Below are positions 1-13,052 of a stretch of 63,636 nucleotides of DNA, in pieces (the first letter of the stretch is position 1; each line of letters opens with the position of its first letter). The stretch covers positions 13,086 to 76,721 of the forward strand of contig NMRA01000990.1 in assembly GCA_002633005.1 (NCBI GenBank), written 5' to 3'. The notes under the pieces are model-generated. The model searched no databases and was not told the origin of the DNA. It saw nothing but the letters and a program-made list of their open reading frames with translations. Made by a program: the position numbers and the translations under genes. The stretch is from Phoronis australis (lineage: Eukaryota > Animalia > Phoronida).

Positions 1-863
1 CTTCCAAAAAATCTAGAGGTCGCTGCGATTCAACGCTGAATGCGGGTATGTGAGACGGTGGAGCAGGTAACTGAATTGTGGTATAATATTGATCTGCCTG
101 TGACGTCACTCCAACTAATCCAGAGGAAATCTAACCACGAGAAAAGCGGTGGAAAAATACGCCGTTCTTCACCCCAGAGTCGATTTTCAAACATCACCCC
201 CGTTATCAATTTATAGTTTTCAAGTTTTGTCCAAACGGCTGACTGGATAAAATTGACAAAGTTTGATGCAGTAGTAATAGTGTGCAACGGAATCGAGATT
301 TTTCTTCTGAAGTTATCCTGTAGAGCTCAAAACCAAAGGTGTTTAGTCACATGTTTTGTCTACTGAGGTAATACACTGTTTACAGCTCCCGTGTGATTTC
401 TGTGCGTATTTCAACACTTCAAGTTGTCTCATTTTTTCCGAGTCATATTCATTGTGTTGTTGTTTTATACTTTCAACTGAATGTACGTTTTGTCGGATAA
501 CTTTTCTCAGAACCGAAAATAGACCTACAAAACCTGTAACAGTAACACAGTCAACCGCTAGAGTGTGCGTGCTACAGACGTACAAAGATGAAGCTTTAGT
601 CTCCGTACTGTGTCTCGAACACGTCACTTAAGGTTGTAATAGCGTGTTTTTATGTTCATTTTTCGGGTAACGTCGTCGCGTTCTAAGGTTCATACATGTG
701 CTAGCCGTTACCCGTGCTTTCACATGTAGCAGCAAATGGGAAGGGAAATGGATAGACCTACACCATGATTACATGAAGTGAGTGAACATTAATTAGTGTT
801 CATCGATTGGACGAGTCACTAGACCTACGCCATGATTACATGAAGTGAGTGGACATTAATTAN

Positions 864-1040
864 GGTCGTCTACGCTAGGCGACCACTTAGCCGACCCAAG
901 TGCCGACCACAGAGGCGACTCAGTAGACGGCTCCTAGCCCACCGTTGTTGGTCGGCTGCTGGTCGGCTAGACGACCGGTCGACGGCCGGTCGTCGACCAA
1001 TTTCCGACCGGTCGGCCAAAAATTCGTGATGTGTGCTGTA
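864..1040 (-). mobile_element. GGTCG/CGACC-rich palindromic MITE end, copy 1
   Basis: Near-identical reverse complement of 50257-50433. Both copies end in TA|CAGCACACATCACG. Truncated by the N at 863. Confidence 0.75.
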
Positions 1041-1363
1041 TAGAAAACAATAGGAATTTCAAATATTACGCGTTAATTATTTGATTGTGAAATGAACACA
1101 TAAAAACTGTGCCATGTTTTATTAGGGTAGCGATGACATATTACCATACTTAGTTATGTGATATTAGTTTCCCAAAACCGAGACTTTCACGAGATTGTAA
1201 TTGTAATGGTAACTGGTTTTCTGATGGTTTCCAGCACACCGGACGGAAGACCCATGCTTGCTTGTAAACTAGTACTTCATTTGCATATTCGCAATTTAAT
1301 GAGACGTAGCATAGTTAATGTCTAATTTTCCCAAGTTCATTCCATGTTCCAAATCTGCTTCAG

Positions 1364-1515
1364 TGGAGAGAGAGCATAGCAGAACTTGACCTTGGCTGGA
1401 ACACAAGCTCTGAACAAGATATGATAAAGGTTGTTGATGAACTGTGCAAGTCACATGACAGTCAGCTGACTACGTTAAACTTGTGTGGGACGGCCATTAC
1501 AGAAGATGGAGTCAG
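1364..1515 (+). CDS. FBXL6: F-box/LRR-repeat protein 6-like, penultimate coding exon
   Basis: cttcag|TGG acceptor, AG|gtgat donor. Translates WRESIAELDLGWNTSSEQDMIKVVDELCKSHDSQLTTLNLCGTAITEDGV(R), with LRR motifs LDL and LNLxGT matching the FBXL6 C-terminus as recalled. Upstream exons were not found in the window. Confidence 0.8.
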
Positions 1516-2103
1516 GTGATGATTTTGTCAATACGTGTTTGTGTAAATGACACATGGTCAGACTTAATTAAATGTATCCTTCGAAAGTTGTCCAATGAAT
1601 AATTTTGAAAAGACTGAGACTTGAAATACCAAGTTGCTTAATGTCTTCGCCTGCTGGGGTCATTTTGATTCCGTTAAGGCAAACATGATTAGAAAATATG
1701 AATCTGTGACACGTCTCATGTTGAACGTAATGTTTCCTTTGTAAAGTGATCAGGATTAAAGGTAAAACTGATTGAGAAATCCCTGTTTTTTATAGAATTT
1801 TATTGTGATATTCGATCGCTATTATCAAACGGCTGACTTGTTTGTTGTGTAACATTTACTATATCATATAGGCTGATATTTTTTCAGTGTCAAATTCACA
1901 AAAAATCATGGTATGGTTTCTATTCGGACATTGAAAGGTTGTGCTGCAAGAACATTAGACTTTTCAAGACTGGGACTTATGTGATGATTTGTTGAGTTAA
2001 GTCATGTTTTAGAAACACTTTTCATTATACATATTTGTCACTTTTATTTGATACAGCTTCTCAAATAGAGAAGTCAAAAATCACATTTCACATTTATTTC
2101 CAG

Positions 2104-2242
2104 ACGTCTGTTGGTCACGTGTAGCAGACTTAATCGTCTGGATCTGTCTTCATGTCGTGGATTGCCGCGAGGTATGAAGAGTCTCTACTGCGGGGATGAC
2201 CTTAAACGTCTTCGTGAAATTTTGGCAGAAGTCATCAGCTGA
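2104..2242 (+). CDS. FBXL6: F-box/LRR-repeat protein 6-like, last coding exon
   Basis: tttccag acceptor, phase 2 matches the previous exon. RLLVTCSRLNRLDLSSCRGLPRGMKSLYCGDDLKRLREILAEVIS*; LxLxSCRxLPRGxK is the characteristic FBXL6 C-terminal motif. TGA at 2240-2242. Confidence 0.82.
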
Positions 2243-2274
2243 TAGATCCACCATGATTCGAATTAACGATTCAC

Positions 2275-2586
2275 ATCAGCTGAAGGGTCCATCACTATGA
2301 TCCCAGCTGAAGGGTCTATCATAATGATCCCAGCTGAAGGATCCATCACCATGTTCCAGCTGAAGGGTCTATCATAATGATCCCAGCTGAAGGATCCATC
2401 ACCCTAATCCCAGCTGAAGGGTCTGTCACCATGATCCCAGAGGAATTGTCCATCACCATGATCCCAGCTGAAGGGTCTGTCACCATGATCCCAGCTGAAG
2501 GGTCCATCACCACGATCCCAGCTGAAGGATCCATCACCATGATCCCAGCTCAAGGGTCCTTCCCCATGATTCCAGCTGAAGGGTCC
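2275..2586. repeat. 27-bp minisatellite, about 12 copies, in the FBXL6-like 3' UTR
   Basis: Unit approx. CAGCTGAAGGGTCCATCACCATGATCC starting at 2277, 2304, 2331, 2357, 2384 ... 2573. Confidence 0.95.
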
Positions 2587-2934
2587 GAACTACCAAATCT
2601 TGTAATGGGATATTATTCATCCCAAGCTCTGTTTCTTATCAGTGTTATATCTGTACCCAAGTAATGACAACAGTGAGGACTGAACTTGCAACTATGTGTA
2701 ACAGACTTTTGGTTGTCTGGTTGGTCGTAGTTGCCTTGATGACTGGTTGTCATAGAGACAGTCAACTATATGTGTCCATTTATAAACCTGGATGTTTTCC
2801 TGGAAGGATTTGGTGGTTGTGTTTTTCTATGGGAAATGGGCTTTCCACAGCGTGCTTAATTGTTATGTTTGCAGACGAGAATCTTTGGCATGGAGGTCCA
2901 TCGCGAGGATATTGAAGTTGGAATTGAAACCCAT

Positions 2935-3380
2935 GATCATGACGTCATCAAAACATTTTTCATCTTGTGAGGTATGCAAGGAGCAGACACTGGAACAATA
3001 CCCCAATAATTATAAAAAATATTCTGAAATTCCGCAAGTGTACAAGAAAATTAATATTTTTCTATATGGAAGTCGAGAACTCAAAACAAATGAAAATAAG
3101 GTTTTATTCGAAATAGTATCAAAATTTCTTCATGATATTAAATCTCTTTGTGTATGAAAATGATTTATTTACTTTCGTAATCATATGTCATTGTAATCTT
3201 AACAGTTTTTTATTTATGTATTTGTGTAAAATAATTGTATACAGATTTCTTTTTATGTATCTGTGTAAAATAATAGTATATAGATTTCTTTGTACTTTTT
3301 TACCCAGATATAATGCCTCTTGGCACTTTCTGTGTTATGTAAATTCATTTATTCGGAGATTTCGTAATAAACATAAAAAA
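2935..3380 (+). mobile_element. Degenerate 3' end of a non-LTR retrotransposon (CR1/L2-like ORF2 C-terminus plus 3' UTR)
   Basis: HFSSC...IFLYGSRELKTNENKVLFEIVSKFLHDIKSL* resembles LINE ORF2 C-termini (LLxG..L....N..IF..V..FI). It is followed by an AT-rich stretch, AATAAA at 3366 and an A-rich tail. Confidence 0.5.
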
Positions 3381-5119
3381 CATTGTTCAGAGGTAGCTGG
3401 GAGTTACGCATTTTGAAGAGGGTTGCCACAAAATCCTGTCTGTACTTGACACGTGTATTGAATATGTGAAAATAGTTTTAAATATTCTTTGACTCTTAAA
3501 GCTGGGATTGATGTTACAACAGTTATTCAAATGGTATCACCTTATCAACCACTGACTTGTGTTTTAACTCAGATACCTTTGATGATTTTACAGTAGTCAG
3601 TACACTGACATTGCAGAGGTTATTAGTTGGTTGTTTGATGCTTAAGTGTGTCTTTATATAGAGACTTCTTATTCAAAGGTCCCTGTGTACTGAGCTACAC
3701 TTCTGACAGTGTTATTCACTGTTGCCTAGCAACTATAGGATGTCTTCAGGAAGTTTGCCTATGCAATTGTATTTAGAAGGGGTTGATGGTGGTGTGTAAC
3801 TGGTGAATCAACATTTCTTCAAGATCATTCTGTATGTAGTAGTGCAAAACTAACTGTGAACTCTCTTGTATGGAGTATTATGAACTTCAAACGAACCTTC
3901 TTGAAATAGTTTTGTAAATATCCTGTGACACATAACCTGACACATTGTAGTTGAGACAGACGTTATTAGTGACGTCTGGTGGATACAGATGGTATTAGAG
4001 GCGAAGTCTGGGCATGGAAAGAACTGGGCGATTGGTTGTTTTTAGAGACCTGTGAGTCTAAACAAGTTGTATTATCACCACAAGTGTCGCTGCTCACGGT
4101 CCCGGGTAGTGACGAAGTATTGCATTCTAAACCCACTGCAACCATGATTTGGGAAAGGAACAAGTTATAATCAGTTGTGGCCAGTTGTTTGAAACGAAAG
4201 TATCTCTCTTTGATATAAAGAGGGCTTATGTAGCTGATGGGTTTGTTCACGTTGAGTTGTCTAAAATAAAATGTACAAAATTATTAATACGTTTTTGCGT
4301 ATATTTACAGCTCAAATCTACAAAATTCAAGTAACCCCTAAGCCTTCCATATATGCTTTTAGGCCATGTTTGTGGGGGTGAAAATAAAATGGAGCTCAAC
4401 TTATGTATGGTCCGGTTTAATCCACGGTATTACCACCTGCAGTGAAATGCTCCACCCCCGAAACATGAACCAAAATAATGGTTGTCAAAAATGGTACTGC
4501 TGCGAAGGGCGTTAATGCCCAGGTTATTTAAAGGATCAGAGTTAAAACCGAGTGTGTCGCGTTTTGTACTTCCGTTTAATGATTGATTTTTTGCGTCCAC
4601 AAAAATGTGCTGGCATGTCGTCCGGTACAAGTGAAGATTCACCGTATGACAGCGATGCTTTAGCAGAAGTTTTAACCAGGACCGAAGCGCTTCAATTCTT
4701 TTGGCCCTTTCAGTTTTCGGCAAAACATTCATTTTCCTACAAATTTTGTTAATACTGCATTGGGTAAATGGTTCAGCTTCTAGCGAAACTGACTAATTCC
4801 AAAACCGTCTCGCACTAATTCGATCATATTTCACTGTGGCTGCCTTACAAACGTGTACTCAGGCAAGTGTCAGTCTCATGTCATCACTGTCTAAATCTAT
4901 CGCTGGTAATCAACACTGTGACGCCAAGTACGTAAGACATGGTCGGGACGGTACTGCGACACATATTTTCGTGGATATATGGTATTCACATTATATGGGC
5001 TTGATTTTTAAGCATACATGCAATGTTTTGAAGGAAAGGCTGAAGCACTGAATTCAATCATAGATATCACCTATTATATTTTCTAAGAAATCGATTTCAT
5101 TCAAGCAATGTTACATGAG

Positions 5120-5310
5120 ACCGATAGTGAACAGCTTTTTGGGAAGTATCCAGTGGATCTTTTTATGTCATTTTTAGAAAAAATAGGGTTCGTTGACTAT
5201 CCCAGACATATTTTTCGCTTATTTACAGCTTTTCGTAATTTAATTAATTACTCGTCGTCTATCCGGAAGTGACGTTTTGGGATGCAGGAATTTCGAGCTA
5301 ATTTCTTTTC
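5120..5310 (+). repeat. Dispersed repeat, homologous to the TTAA-flanked element end at 53050-53218
   Basis: Shares GTTCGTTGAyTATCCCAGACATATTTTTC...CCGGAAGTGACGTTTTGGGA...AATTTCTTTTC with 53065-53218. Confidence 0.8.
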
Positions 5311-6022
5311 AACTAAGGCATTATACATTTCTTTCTACTGCATTTGACCCTGCCGTGACACAAAGTAGCTTACGGTAATCAGCTTTTTTTGAAAGTGAAA
5401 ACTAAGAAAGCCAGCTTAGCTGTTTGAAGACTACATCGACGTCGACATACCATTACGGCTCTAATCTCCGACAACTGGGCTGTGCTGCTAAAAAGAAAGT
5501 TAACTTATAACATATTTGAACATAAAACCAATAGCATTCCTGAGTTTCTTGTCAAATGATGATCATGTTTAGTTTTTGAATCACCAAAATCGCCAACTAC
5601 AACCGAAATTAAGACAGTTCATTCCGCCAGGTTTCGGCAGTAACCTTTAGTGTAGCCTGGGAGATAATTGGCCTTCCTATTATAGTACGGGAAAAAAGAC
5701 TGTGCCAGGCAGTTCCCAAAGAAACACGTTCAAAACCCCTCACGTCCGGAAAAGTTGCTGAACGACAGTACGCCGTCATGCACTTGCCCGGTGTTCAGCT
5801 CCCCGTTCCAAAATTTCTTACATCCCGTCCAGCAAGAAAAAATGTAACACCTCGAATCTAAATAGAGGGCCGCTGCAGTGCTTGGAACCAGGTTCCTAGC
5901 TGCATGAGACCAAGGCGGTGCCGAAACGGGCGCAACGAAGGCCTCAGTAGTGGAGCGGGGAGACGGGTTTGTGTGCCGCGTACGGCCCGGGAATGAGCGT
6001 ATGATGCACTAAATAGAATTAA

Positions 6023-7690
6023 AGGAGCATGCCACCCAAAAAACAACCTAATTTGCATCAATTTAGATAGAGTAGTTCTACTCCATAACGACACGTACGG
6101 TTGCGTTACCTGACACCTGACGGCAGACGGAGGTGTTGAAATTATCCAATGACGTCATCGGCTTCACACGCAGTCTGTTCAGCAGTTCACAACACGGGTT
6201 ACTATCGCTTGAAGTCATCGTTTAACACCAATAAATCATCAAAATTCGATGTAAAACCCTTAAAAACACACCGAATTCTTTTAAAAACATGTTGTTTTAT
6301 TTTCCTCTTAGGGATTTATTGGTATTTGGACACACCGTAGCCTACAAAGTTCCGCAGGCCCATCCGTAGCAGGATTTTGGGATCGGACTAGATGATTCCC
6401 AAGTATTTTCCGTGAGATACAGACAGGAAAACCTAGATCTGTATTGTTTAGACTTGTGATTTTTTGAGTTCTAAACACAAAACACTTGTTAGCCTGGTCA
6501 GTGGCTCGGAGCACGATCAGGCCCGTCGCCGGGATTGACTTGTTATCCCCGCCAGTGGCTCGGNCCGCCAGTGGCTCGGAAACTGATCAGACATCACGAA
6601 CATAAACCAGCCAAAGTTCAATGGAAACTAAACTCCCAGTCAAGAAAATACTATACTAGTGAGCCAAAGTAATGTGCACCTGATTATGTTGGTGAAATAG
6701 CCACGAAACTGCAAATCTACTTAATCGTCGGGTGCCGCAAATTCACCGGGTTTCCCTTTGTCCACTCACAGCACCGTCAGGGCAGAAGTTGTACATTGAC
6801 AATCAGTATTTGAGTAATATAAATGTAAATAAAGATTACCATAACACCTGGCCGTGGGATGGAAATTGAGTTGTTTAACAACAGTCTCTGCCAGCAAACA
6901 CTAAATTACCATGAGCTCACACGGCCTAGGAGTCCCGTCAATTAGCTTTATTGCACCTAAAGCCGGTAACGCAGTGATCTATTCATTGCTTGCTGCTCAA
7001 ATCATTTGCACTCACGAACACTTCAAAGGCATTACAAATTGCATGTAATGATACAGACTTTGTTTCAGTTTTATGTAAGTATTGGTTAGGGTGAGAATAA
7101 TTCATTTTGAAACAGAACGCTCAGTAATAAACGCCAACATGGTAACTCGCAACCACTACTTAGGACGAGCTAGAGCTCATCAGTCCCGACTTCGCAGGTG
7201 GATCGTTAAGTTTTACAGGGTATCAATTCGAACAGGAATACAGTGATGAAGAAATACTAAAAAGGCGCCGTGAACAAGCTCAGACAACGGAACGTATGGA
7301 GTTATTTGGTAAGCCGGCATTCGTCAGGCACGGTCAACTCGTCCGCAGGCCAAAGACACGGAGATGTTTCACGGCCTCACACTTGCTATTTACAGCGTAC
7401 ATTTAATTCTTCACTACCATGAGCCACTTCCTAAGCATTTCGGACTCTCGAGGAAGTAAAAAAGTTATACCTGCTTTCCTCGCAGATGCTTAGTTCGGAC
7501 AAGCGGAAACGATGCACCGCAACATTCACTCTGCACATGAACCACTGACGTCGCTAGCGTCGTTTCTCACCTTCCTCACAGGTTAACGCGACACCTCTTG
7601 GCAAAGTAAGGTTGACGGTATGCGAGGCGATGTGGATATAGACCGATTAAGACGGCTAAAAAGACTAATTAAATCGGGTGGCATTCTCCT
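6023..7690 (-). mobile_element. Non-autonomous Kolobok-like DNA transposon with a decayed THAP domain
   Basis: TTAA at 6019-6022 and 7691-7694. 15-bp TIRs AGGAGCATGCCACCC / AGGAGAATGCCACCC (14/15). Minus strand from 7525 reads MLRCIVSACPN*ASARKAGITFLLPRESEMLRKWLMVVKN*, a THAP pattern with stops. Confidence 0.75.
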
Positions 7691-8012
7691 TTAAGTATAG
7701 TATTAAGATGTCTATGATAACAACACAGTGCCGGTGTCACTGGTATTGGTGAAAGTTGCATTTAAAGCTGTGCAGTTTAACACTAAATTCAAAATAGGAT
7801 CGCTTGCGCAGAGTATACAATTGTTATGATCAAACTGTAGGCCTATTGTCAGACAAAAGCCTAACCTGCCACCTGTTGGCTGTCAACAACCTATTTAACC
7901 AATGACTCATCGAAACTTCTGGAATTACCCACTCAGGAGTACTTTCAGTTCGCTGCGTAAAATTCACTCGACGAAGAAGAACCATAGGGATTCTAACGAC
8001 CTGACATAGACC

Positions 8013-8069
8013 ATGGCATCTAACAAGGAATCATGTCGTTTACAACTCGATGAGGCAGAATTGAGAAAG
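8013..8069 (+). CDS. Candidate first coding exon (MASNKESCRLQLDEAELRK), gene assignment unresolved
   Basis: accATGG Kozak context and AAG|gtgaga phase-0 donor. Resembles animal MsrB N-termini (..ELRK-RLTP) but is also phase-compatible with the ankyrin exon at 21312. Confidence 0.45.
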
Positions 8070-8854
8070 GTGAGAGTTTTCTCAGAAATCATTTCATCTT
8101 TTCGCCGCTCCCCTGTCGTAGCCACATCTTGTATGCTGAATATGTTTATTTAGGGCGGGCTCTTGAAGTTTGATCTTTGTTTAACCCGCGGCGTTATGTC
8201 GGCGATCAGTGTGACTTTACAATCAACTTAATGGTTTGTTAAGTTAATGAACGTTTTGAGACCCACATTCATGTCAATGTTGTTGGCAAAAGACATTTTA
8301 AGTTATAACCCTTGTACTGTCGCAAAATGGCTTAGTTCAGTCGCACTAGGAATTTCCCAACATCATCGCAGAGGAGGGGCGGAGTCTGGGTGAGTACCAC
8401 TTCATAGAAAATAATAAAAGTCTACCTCTGCACGTTTGGCTGCTTGCATGCCTTTTGACAGTGGACATTTATAAAACTCGATTGTTGGCACAGACCAAAC
8501 CAGTGTTGTCACACCAAACCAACCATCAACCACTCCCTTCCTCAAGCCTGACATTTTATTTTTTCCACCGGTTTATGTACTTATTTCACAAGCTGGTCGC
8601 CATTTTTTGTCTTGTCTCAACTCAAAAATTCTATTTGGTTGCCAACGTGTGTTTAGAAGGTGTGGTTTGAGCTGTTATCGGATTTGTCTGGAAATAAAAA
8701 GATCAGTGTAGCCATCACCTGGACTCTGACTCCCCTCCATATTGTCATTGCAAATATAATGTCAGGCTGAAGATATCCTTGCATTCTAAACATGTAGATG
8801 GGAGAATAACTATATACGCATGTTACGGTAGTGGAGCGTTAACTCCTAGAGTAT

Positions 8855-9610
8855 ACGTTCACTTCTGGGTAAGACTGACTTCAGTGATGTCACAGTTTTC
8901 GCCAGGTGTATTCTAAACGAGACTGGTTCAAGGTGACCGTCAATATTAGTCACTAAGGTCGTGTTCTTCAAATAGCTTTGTCACCGAACGCCTTTTGTCA
9001 AGCTCAAGAAAAGCGCTGTGAATGTAGACTCACAAGTATTCACGGTTCATGGCATTTGTGCGTTGTTGAGTGTAGGTCTATGTGCGCATTTCATAGTGGA
9101 CCGTTAATTACTGCATTCTACGTTCACTTCTGAGAATACCAGCCTCAGTGCTCCTATATTTTCAGCTGGGTAAAGTTCGGTAATGCTATAGGACGCTAAA
9201 CAGCAAGACCTTAGTCACGAAGCATTGGTTAAGACAACCGTCTCTGTTGTCCCAAGGTCATGTTATATAAATAGCTTAACCATTGTTAAAGTCACTACCT
9301 TTTGACAGACCATACTAGCCAAGAAAAGCACTGAATGTAGACTCACTCCCGAGTACACACTGTCCATGGCAACAGTGTTTACAAGTGCACTGTCCCGGGG
9401 CGATATGTCAAATTGGCTGTTTTCTTTCAAATATGATGCTGTGTGCGTAGAACCTTATCTCTCTCTTACCGGGTCAAATGCATCAGGTTCATGTTTTGCG
9501 ATGTCTTAGTAGTTGCGCACGCGACATGTCTGTGCTATTTCTTTAGATCCTGGGGTGTGAGGAAGTTTTCAATGCAATGCGATTTATACCTGCTTACCAA
9601 TACATGTGAC
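8855..9610. repeat. Degenerate local duplication (~265-bp period) with a related dispersed copy at ~12560-12840
   Basis: TACGTTCACTTCTG and CAAGAAAAGCrCTG..AATGTAGACTCAC occur twice here. AAGAAAAGAGCTGCGAATGTAGGCTCAC..CCATGGCAAC recurs at ~12563. Confidence 0.6.
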
Positions 9611-10179
9611 TTTTTTCACATTGTTAAAATCTATGCACGAAATATCCGGCGGGCAAATCACAATCGAGGTCCATATTCGGTGGCCACTTTTGATGAAAAA
9701 TGAAGGTTGTCATATTACTGTAAAAGCTGGGTTATTTTAAAGTACCATCATTCCAGATTTGTAATCTAAAATATTTTGCACAAGAACCACCGAATAAAAT
9801 TTTATGGCCTAATGCATCGCAGTTGAATATAGTGTATGTACACTACAACTTGTGGTCACAACCCACTTCTATCATGCAAAAACTCATAAGGTAGCTGTTA
9901 ATTTAATAAGTTATTGATCAAACTGAAGACGTATCACATACTAAATAAGAAAAAAAGTTATTACCGTGCTGATCAAGTTGTTCTTGATGATTGCATGTCT
10001 TAACACAGTATAATGAGAACTTCATCTCTTACAATATGATTCTTACACAAAGAAAAGGACAGGTAACTACTTTTTTCAAAAACCTTATTGGTGCTATAAG
10101 CCTAGTTTTCAACACATTCACCAGTTGGTCAAGCAAGTTAGGCCGAGTGTTAACTTGTAAACAGTAAAAAATGTTACTG

Positions 10180-11840
10180 GTTGGGGGGAGACGTACACTA
10201 CGCATAGTCACTCAACGTCAAATTTTGACGAAGTTACAAATGTATGGGATGATCTTGAATTTTGCACTGCCTCTACTAGTTGTTTTGTTGCAAGTTGTGT
10301 TGAGAGATACATGTAGAGAACCTGCCTCTGGAACATCAGTTGTCACATGACATGTTTTTTAGGATGTTACTAGCCAGTACCTGTGTGGCATTTTGTTTCC
10401 CACGTATTTAATAATGTCCATTGTTTTTGTTTTGTTTTGTCAGACTGGATGCATTTTGGAAATATCAGTATTGTTTATGAGAACAGCAATATGTAAAAAT
10501 ACTTGTGGGCAATACGTTATAGCACAGAGGTTGGAGGGCGTACGTACACTACATTTCAATGACTTGTCAGGTTTTTAAAAATACTTTGAATCTACTGAGA
10601 GTTAGTTCCCTTACCAAATCTATTCAAAGAGAAAAGAGCAAAAAGTACACCATAAATGTGTATATCTGTCTGTCATTCTTTGAAAACAGGCACATGTTAA
10701 AATATATGGGTACGTACATTACACAAATGCAAATATTTCACTCAAAACAAATGTATTTGCAATAAACACCCTTTTAACCTAACATGTTTAAGGAAGGAAA
10801 CTGTCCATGACCAATGTTGCTTACTTTCCAAGTGATATTTTAATTTCATGACATTTGTAAACATGGGGTACATACACTACAAAACGGGGTACATACACTG
10901 CATCACATGGTAACATAATGTTGTATGGCCAATTATTTTTTCTTTGGTGATAATAACCACCATGTTGTTATTTAAAAGGCAATAATTTCATTTGCAATGA
11001 CCATTTGTGTTATTGAATTCTACATGGGGGTACGTACACTACATTTTGTTAGCCTTTTTGGCCCATTTTCACCATAGCAGAACCCAGTAAATATCCAAAC
11101 TTTTGGTTTGTTTAGATATTGAATAATTTGCTGTGTTGCCTTGGCTAACTTATTCTACAGTTCTTTGTATTACAGAATGTGAACTTTAGTTTTTAACCCT
11201 CTTTACAGTAGGTGGGGGTTAGAATCGCCGATATCACAATTTTCGTAACCAGTGCCTGTTTTATGATGAACTCCATCATTTCTCAACGATTTAGCGCAAC
11301 TTCGTCCAAGTGATTTCGAAATTGACTTAAGTCATTCCCAGTCATGTCAAAACAATTACTTGCTTATTAAAATAAATTTCCTTTCTACTGCTGACAGTTG
11401 ANTACCATACTTTGAAAATAGGCACAAATTGAAATATAGGGGTACGTACACTACACTACACTACGACTAATATTTCACTCAAAACGAATGTATTTGCAAT
11501 AAACACCCTTTCAACCTAACATTTTAAAGGAAGGAAACTGTCTATGACCAATGTTGCTCACTTTCCAAGTGATATTTCAATTTCATGGCATTTGTAAACA
11601 TGGGGGCACGTACACTACAAAAGGGGGTACGTACACTACAACACTGTTTCTGCATCACATGGTAACATAATGTTGTATCGCCATTTATTTGTCTTTGGTG
11701 ATAATAAGCACCGTGTTGTTATTTAAAAGGCAATAATTTCATTTGCAATGACCATTTGTGTTATTGAATTCCACATGGGGGTACGTACACTACATTTTGT
11801 TAGCCACTTTGGCCCATATTCACCATAGCAGAACCCAGTC
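10180..11840. repeat. Element with multiple GGGGTACGTACACTAC sub-repeats; 10670-11090 is duplicated at 11403-11840
   Basis: Motif seen about 10 times in the same orientation; the second block starts at the N at 11402. Confidence 0.7.
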
Positions 11841-13052
11841 CATTTCTGTGTGACGTTACTGTGTACATTACTACATGTAGATATAGTCAGAATGTCAGCT
11901 TTTGCAACGTATTTGGCGGGTTGACCGTATTTCAGAACAAAGTGAACTACCAGAACTACTAAGTTTACCCCATCAATTTACGAGGATATGTGGAATGGCA
12001 CTGGTACAATGTATCTGGAAAATAGTTTCCATCGCACCTCCCTTTCACTGTATTCAAAATAAGTCTTAAATCGTTAAGTTTGCACACTTCCAACTAAGAT
12101 CTAGTTCCCTATGCCACTAAGATGCCAGTCTCTCAATACATGATCTATATGCAATAAACAGTGCTTTTGTGTCGCAAAAGTTTCATAGCGCGTGCGTTGG
12201 ACAATAATACAACATTACGCTTTCGCAACTACCCCAAACTTCAGTGTGAGTTTTAGGGTTATTGAAGAGGGATGAGGCGGAAATTTGTAATCGTTTTGGC
12301 TTTCAAGGTAAGATTGATGCCAGTTGCTAAAGGGGCAAAGTATTGTACGTTATCATCCGAATATACTGGCAAGCTAGATATATTTTACTTTCCCAGTAAA
12401 ATATCGCCTAGAAAACAAGAAAGCTTTAAAAGGTAGTCGGTGATTTGACCCGTTCCCAGTGTCGCTTCCTTTTTTGTAAACAGAACTGCAAAGATTTTTT
12501 GTGGTTACTGCCTTGGGTCAAGTTTTCAAATAGGTCTATGCCTTTTGTGAGCCCATGAAAGAGAAGAAAAGAGCTGCGAATGTAGGCTCACTCGTGAGTA
12601 CACACGCTCCATGGCAACTGTCAGTTGTACAAGCGCGCAGTCCCACCTAACTTGATCTTTGTCATGCTGTGTGCCTGGAACACTTTACTTTTGTTACTGG
12701 GTCAAATGCACCAGCTTGAGACTTTACGATCGCCTAAAGTAGTTGCACTCCATGCGAATTGTCTCTGCCATATTGACAAGCTAACGTTGAAGTTTTTTAA
12801 TGCAAAGCGATATACCCTGGTGCTTGCCCTTACATGTTACGTTTTGACATCAAAATCAAGATAACGAAGCAACCGTGTACAATCAACAAAAACACGTACA
12901 GTGTAGTTGTGCACTGCTCGTATACAGCACTGTATATGAACATAAACCATTCATGCATCTATGCAAATTTCGATCTAAGCATAATAGTTGTTTAAAATCG
13001 ATTGTAAGAACTGTAATAAATGTAACGTTGTTATGACAACGTGGACTCTTAA

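Noticed and set aside
2346-2664. Repeat ORFs MIPAEGSIT.. (+) and MDPSAGIMV.. (-) as proteins
   Set aside because: By-product of a 27-bp minisatellite; out of frame with FBXL6 and broken by a 26-bp unit.
10180-11840. CRISPR-like array
   Set aside because: Irregular spacing (about 20-350 bp), short degenerate motif, eukaryotic context and no cas genes.
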